DNA of 56,535 nt from Elusimicrobia bacterium HGW-Elusimicrobia-2 (GTDB taxonomy: Bacteria; CG03). Made by a program: the position numbers and the translations under genes. The stretch spans positions 1 through 56,535 of the forward strand of contig PHAM01000002.1 in the NCBI GenBank assembly GCA_002841685.1, written 5' to 3'. The notes under the pieces were generated by a model. That model saw only the letters and a program-made list of their open reading frames with translations. It ran no database searches and was not told where the DNA came from. Below, one piece after another: positions 53,501-56,535 of the stretch; positions within the stretch are counted from its first letter, which is position 1; each line of letters starts with the position of its first letter.

Positions 53501-56500
53501 GGGAAGCGGAAGGCGGTTTAGCCGATGCCGATGCGGCGGTCAGATGGGTGAAACTCGCTTCAGAAAAGAGAGCCGGTTCAAATTACATTATCTGTGGAAA
53601 TCTTGATGACGGGAATGACCTTGATGTTCAGGTATGGGATGGTTCATCATGGGGGACAAGTGTTGAGGTTTCAGCAACGGTTGAGAGCGATGCAAAAAGG
53701 AGTTTTGATGTTGAATGGGAAGCAACTTCCGAACACAGGGGAATTGTTGTCTATGCCCAGAACAACTCCCAGGATTTAAGATATGGCACAATTGATGGCA
53801 AAACAGTAAATGATATAGACGGAAATTCTCTTGATGTTGATGACATAACTTCAGATGAACCCGATACGGTTCGGCTCTGCCCTGACCCTTATTCAGATGA
53901 TATATGGGCAATTTACAGTGTTGGACACACTGCCTCAACAGCAACAATCTGCGCTGAAAGATGGAAGGGAATTGCAGAAAGTTCCTGGGACGGAGCAAAA
54001 AAACTTACAACAACTTCCTATGAATCAGACCCTTATGAAAATTTTTCAATTGCCTACGGAACATATCCGGCGCCCCCTGCCGCTGATACAACGCCGCCGT
54101 GCGCGATAAGTAATCTGACGGCGATTGCGGGAAGCGACGACGGCGAGGTGACTTTAACATGGACGGCTCCGGGCGACGACGGTGCGGGCGGAAATGTTTC
54201 AGGCGGGCTTTACAGGATTAAGGCCGCGACATACAACATAACTTCGGCGAATTTTGGTTCGGTGGCAAACAACGGCTATTACAGTTTCACTGTTGATGTT
54301 TCAACGTCTTATAATACGCAGGGAACAGAACATTCATACGGTTTTACCGGCTTATATCCGGGAACGACTTATTATTTCGCGATGAAATTGAGGGACGAAA
54401 ATGCGGCCAACTGGGCTTCGTGGTCTGATACGGCAAGTTCCTCGGATACCGCCCCCGCGCAGGACCTTGCCCCTCCCGCTCCGTCAAATCTGACAGTACA
54501 GCCCGGGCAGAATAAAATATCACTGACCTGGACGGAAGTGACCGGCGAACCTGACCTTGACTATTACAAGATTTACAGGGATTCCTCCACTCCTTACAAT
54601 TACGCCGATGCCTATACAATCACGGTGGATACAGGCAATTCGTCTTATCTGGACACAGGCCTTTCAAATACGGTGACATATTATTACAAAATGACGGTTG
54701 TTGACCTGGGCGATTCCGGAAACGGACTTTTCAGCCATGCGAGAGAAAGCGCTTTTTCAAATGAAAAAAGCACCAGTCCTCTGGGCGAAATGCTGACGCC
54801 CGAGGCGTTTCTTGTTTATTTTGCGAGTTCCACTAACCAGGTTTTGAGGGAAACACCGCAGTGCGGTTCATGGAGCGGTTCTTCATGGGCGTCAGGATAC
54901 GATGTAAAGAGAATTACGCAGACGGCGACCGGATGGTATGTCGTGAAAAAATGTCCGACGGCGGACAAATGGATGTTTGGCATTCAGGACTCGGCGAAAG
55001 TTCTGAATGTGATGATTTACGATGAGACAGCGAAAGAGTGGTCGGCGCCGAAGAAATTGACAACGAATATTTCTTATGCCGGCAGCCGCGGTTTTGATAT
55101 TGAATTTGAACAGCAGTCAGGAAGGGCGGTTATCGTCTATAAAGACGCGAATACTAAAATTCCTCAGGCGGTTACCTGGACGGACACGGGCGGCTGGGGA
55201 ACGGCTTTCGCGTTAAGCATTTCAACTAACGGCGCGGGATATGTCGCCTGGCTGGAACTTATACCCAAGCCAAATTCCAATGATATGCTGCTTATGATAA
55301 GCGACAGCTACAAAGATTTGTCCGCCCATGTCTGGTTTGCTACTTCAACGCAAACAGGTTCAAGCATACTGCTTGATACAGAACTTGAAACGTATGGACA
55401 GAGTTGTTTTGACGGCGCTTATGAAATGCAGTCGGGTGACGCTATGGTCGCCTGGGATAATGATACCGGTCAGATTAGATACCGCATCTTAAGCGGTAGT
55501 TCGTGGGGCGCAGAGCAACCCGGTCCTCAGAATATTGGCGTTGATATTTGGTGGGTGCGGCTTGTTTCTGACCCAAAAAGCGACGCTATGATTTTGGGGA
55601 CTCTTGATGGAGCAACCCCTTTTGATATAAATGTTTCATCGTGGAACGGAACGAATTGGGGTACGACGACAGAAGTGGAAGCCAGCGCTTCTGTTTCCAC
55701 GACGAGGCCTTTTGATATCGCATGGGAAACAAGTTCAGGTGACGGCCTTGTCGTATTTAATGACGGCACATCTGTTCCGAAAGCAAGAAGATTGAGCGCG
55801 GGCGTCTGGGACGGGGCTGACACTTCGGCTTCCGATGTTGCCGCCGCTCCCTGCTGCGTTCAACTGGTTTCCGATAACAACACCGACGATATTATGCTTG
55901 TCACCTGCAACGCGGACGCCACGCCGGACATTTATGTTCAGAAATGGGACGGCTCGTCAAATTCTTTCGGTTCGGCGGCGCTGATTACAGACAATTCTTC
56001 AAATAAAAATGGTTCGGCTTATTCGCACAATTTCGCGGCAGCGTATCCTTATGTTCAGCCTACTGATAACACCGCTCCCGCGGCAATTACGACGCTTTCG
56101 GCGTCAACACGCACGCTGACGGGCGAGGTGGCTCTGTCCTGGGAAGCTCCGGGAGACGATAGCTGGACGGGAGAGCTCGGCGCTTCCGATGATGTGGCGC
56201 GGTTTGCGATCCAGTATGCGACATACACAGAAGTGTCGTGGAGTAAAGACAGCGCCGATGTCACAATAGACACATACACGGTGACACCGTACGATATACA
56301 GTCATATGACTTTTCCCTTAACAGCGAGACGACTTATTATTTCAGGATATGGACGAGGGATGAGGCCAGCGCCGGAAACTGGTCGGATATATCGGTCGGG
56401 GCGACGGTGTGGTGCAGAATTGCTCCGGCGGCGGTTACGGCGCTTTCGTCGCTTGCTGAAGACAACGGCGATGTTCAGCTTTCGTGGATCGCGCCGGGCG

Positions 56501-56535
56501 ACGACGGCACGACGGGAAGCATTTCGGACGGTCAA
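47599..56535 (+). CDS. Second giant surface protein, 5' partial (at least 2979 codons, runs off the window)
   Basis: It is not in the ORF track because there is no stop in the window. The frame of ATG 47599 is the frame of the last codon, 56533-56535. I hand-translated about 47599-50220, 52741-52920, 54781-55980 and the final ~100 nt without meeting a stop, and other-frame + ORFs in this span are all short. N-terminus: MNKLAESRTERFEAANADF...HLVTGVLITFIFIALMPAKGFA. Modules in order: CBM9-like (ITIDASLADW...FYFTWDANNFYFAYN); lamin-tail domain (ANEYVQLYNPNDEPIYLSN...SIQRKAW...DTHDNSNDF); FN3-like modules (TTYYWRVKAKDNVGNESPW); two glucodextranase-C/CBM9-like + FN3 super-modules; two WDGSxW repeat arrays; W.APGDDG FN3 modules. 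Confidence 0.85.
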   Translation, partial: MNKLAESRTERFEAANADFRACLAHFGLGFTYLFRSVWNIRRGGKHLVTGVLITFIFIALMPAKGFATTNNTITIDASLADWADDEKLGTSFGQFYFTWDANNFYFAYNKGETFNADPDVVWIYISTVTPTSTAGTFTSVDWSGTHTLPFRAGYVYLFRPNNEYKTYRNWTGSAWSGDWAGTAATSQNYGAGIVEIKIPRTDIGSPSNIRVTLYITNGSNNYVFGTTPRENPNGATGRIMGLSWYYPSAGASGVFPNLMRYRYPGVVIADICHDAGAAANEYVQLYNPNDEPIYLSNLQSHHGLSPGIVFYLMRWNASTAQTVNIATVVSTNTVRSRGFSLIGAGTLPISADITGTSNMAFDGSNDAAVISYSNQSTAANRADPTLSTNVDKVGWGAPSANGIETTAISVFASDNSIQRKAWSTTTSSAAMVVGGADEYAAHFTDTHDNSNDFVTIVGSWTPRNSTSPREGFLGNCWHIPDNTDDLGVSMRDPVTGIQLNTPTTFYAGNQFQGAGNPGDMSGGKVYYKSITETNWQESALSYYSTSGNNKFWKTIITNSYAAGTTVQYYIDVNYADSHDTTNLYWTNSLARRSYEIFISSNNPYSFVVAAGGAGNTAPNDPLGLNQWDASTTTIISTGSWISNTYNQTGLSLSVKMSDPDSSETLYPIIEYKPIVTAFTGVTLTTGTGVSYSGTAVIGTITVTGLTTNTSYHWRARVYDGDDVSGWISFPYNVGQAETESDFGCDTSSPTNVGCSKPADGAYNLNTSTSLTALTAADGGSGVDQYSFEVSTASSFDKPGDIDSGWTTSPYSPPGLAQSTTYYWRVKAKDNVGNESPWRGEADTAGYRKFITAAKIVDGNPADWGNYSGSQLDNSSLMSGTEWVWKDKEWDERQDVDTATDDHFEFKEWRMWSDDTDLYFLVRFTGDITDTLYPYVAISIDTNTASTGMNWTADDSGVTMGVEYGRAGDTYHYPEHNLIVHHTNSGLAVQIEQYKESAAAWAAPATHGGGANFLSADNDVLEFKIARSDIGLDGSKTARFTFSLYAEAQLAGEWWATDDNTTDSNGINMPPDALDTMSIIRMSDGSNTYNDNYGSMNANDEDINDSDLDFWVELSFDASGIVANNEPTAPNTAVSPANASKIFDTTPEISWSGATDGDADDITSYLLLVDTDTTFYTPHTYKVNVSETGSFTVPSPLAGDKTYYWRVYTRDKQGDLSPVSTTWSFYVKGRTIDGNIGDWGSETPSVVNASTIDTAKNEYVWRDKIGESRTVSADPASNFDIEEIRITANDTYIYFLIKSADITGIDIPHFAISIDTDTSLTDSQLPWIDDDSTATGSMGLGDEYSQKIRAERNIVICSSEAATTRVFLYADDGSSWYVPVSGDWEACASEPNNVFEFKIKRSDICLDNAKTFRFALASADNVIGNPQTIDTTEDYNPDSLDSMSIVRISTGSGTGQYHSDPANDLNAWDEEISDSDIDFWCQLSISADGTLSNNAPDVEASNPSPADNGKYSTDAKPPLSWTPGSDSDSGDYVTSYLLEFATHTDLGSNLGGAGEYGYRVNIGSSTSPSWTIPNDLKNDLTYYWRVFSRDACGTLSASPGVWSVKVDSVAPSAITALSALTGDSGGEVNLSWTATGDNDLSGALPAGSNFRIEYASWTAVVWSTNTATSGAGSYITISTAVSAGTICSRTVDSLTEGVTYYFRIWTADEIPNWSAISNAATAYAYVTPPAPPPDDGAMVVYYSTLSAVANIPQYRTLTEGTTTWSSVASANSVGHLVRYWQVLRNSPRENVKLLATLDHGDDLQTQRWTSSGWGTVQDIDLNVGGHAKRCFDLCYEHNSGDALLVYYDGTDTTPHYQTLAKGQSAWVDHGAVSPYEISGAPTWIRLESRLGSDAILLAAQDVNADLFAMLWDGSGWLQVSSTTLTTSLSHTNQCFDVACEYQSGNFMVVYGTPTVSVKYRRLLSGTTSWEAEGGLADADAAVRWVKLASEKRAGSNYIICGNLDDGNDLDVQVWDGSSWGTSVEVSATVESDAKRSFDVEWEATSEHRGIVVYAQNNSQDLRYGTIDGKTVNDIDGNSLDVDDITSDEPDTVRLCPDPYSDDIWAIYSVGHTASTATICAERWKGIAESSWDGAKKLTTTSYESDPYENFSIAYGTYPAPPAADTTPPCAISNLTAIAGSDDGEVTLTWTAPGDDGAGGNVSGGLYRIKAATYNITSANFGSVANNGYYSFTVDVSTSYNTQGTEHSYGFTGLYPGTTYYFAMKLRDENAANWASWSDTASSSDTAPAQDLAPPAPSNLTVQPGQNKISLTWTEVTGEPDLDYYKIYRDSSTPYNYADAYTITVDTGNSSYLDTGLSNTVTYYYKMTVVDLGDSGNGLFSHARESAFSNEKSTSPLGEMLTPEAFLVYFASSTNQVLRETPQCGSWSGSSWASGYDVKRITQTATGWYVVKKCPTADKWMFGIQDSAKVLNVMIYDETAKEWSAPKKLTTNISYAGSRGFDIEFEQQSGRAVIVYKDANTKIPQAVTWTDTGGWGTAFALSISTNGAGYVAWLELIPKPNSNDMLLMISDSYKDLSAHVWFATSTQTGSSILLDTELETYGQSCFDGAYEMQSGDAMVAWDNDTGQIRYRILSGSSWGAEQPGPQNIGVDIWWVRLVSDPKSDAMILGTLDGATPFDINVSSWNGTNWGTTTEVEASASVSTTRPFDIAWETSSGDGLVVFNDGTSVPKARRLSAGVWDGADTSASDVAAAPCCVQLVSDNNTDDIMLVTCNADATPDIYVQKWDGSSNSFGSAALITDNSSNKNGSAYSHNFAAAYPYVQPTDNTAPAAITTLSASTRTLTGEVALSWEAPGDDSWTGELGASDDVARFAIQYATYTEVSWSKDSADVTIDTYTVTPYDIQSYDFSLNSETTYYFRIWTRDEASAGNWSDISVGATVWCRIAPAAVTALSSLAEDNGDVQLSWIAPGDDGTTGSISDGQ

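Noticed and set aside
1-56535. A search for tRNA, rRNA, tmRNA-like or other structured RNA genes in the intergenic gaps (1822-2272, 5843-6008, 15072-15284, 16344-16766, 44026-44235, 44797-44993).
   Set aside because: No T-arm/GTTCGAATC-like boxes, cloverleaf-compatible segments or rRNA-like stretches were recognised. The gaps are occupied by the repeat families and promoters described above.

Overview
This window looks like it comes from an uncultivated diderm bacterium. All large genes are on the + strand. All functional calls come from motif recognition by eye; no searches were run. No rRNA, tRNA or CRISPR array was seen.

Content in order:
(1) A Na/Pi-cotransporter/PhoU gene flanked by two copies of a dispersed ~100-nt repeat.
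(2) A very large alpha-glucan (starch/glycogen/pullulan) utilisation locus. It holds a LacI regulator with a palindromic operator and two exported CBM48-GH13 enzymes (3386, 36837). It also holds a ~2600-aa surface protein with an embedded GH13 catalytic domain (7263..15071). Seven CBM48/AMPK-beta-like glycogen-binding modules are spread over five genes. A MalK/F/G/E-like ABC importer and an amylo-1,6-glucosidase-type debranching enzyme complete it.
(3) A block of unknown function embedded in that locus (16785-31164). It has three consecutive, tightly coupled pairs of 'secreted multidomain protein with a FlgD-Ig/T9SS-CTD-like tail + PorV/PorQ-like outer-membrane barrel'. Two further putative barrels follow, one fused to CBM48.
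(4) A REP/RAYT-like mobile family. One 744-bp unit carries an HUH-Y1 transposase gene between 23-nt inverted arms. There are four ~130-150-bp internal-deletion derivatives and two remnants. In all five complete copies the right arm is translated in frame as the hydrophobic core (LITSVP[IF]F) of the N-terminal signal peptide of the downstream exported protein.
(5) Two GGDEF cyclases, an HTH-receiver regulator and a small accessory islet (MerR, truncated ORF6N, DUF1016/YhcG-like nuclease, DUF1640-like).
(6) A second giant ORF (47599 to beyond the window end, at least 2979 codons). It is missing from the supplied ORF track because it has no stop in the window. It is preceded by a triplicated copy of its own 5' end. 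Like the first giant gene, it has a divergent two-gene small-membrane-peptide cassette just upstream.
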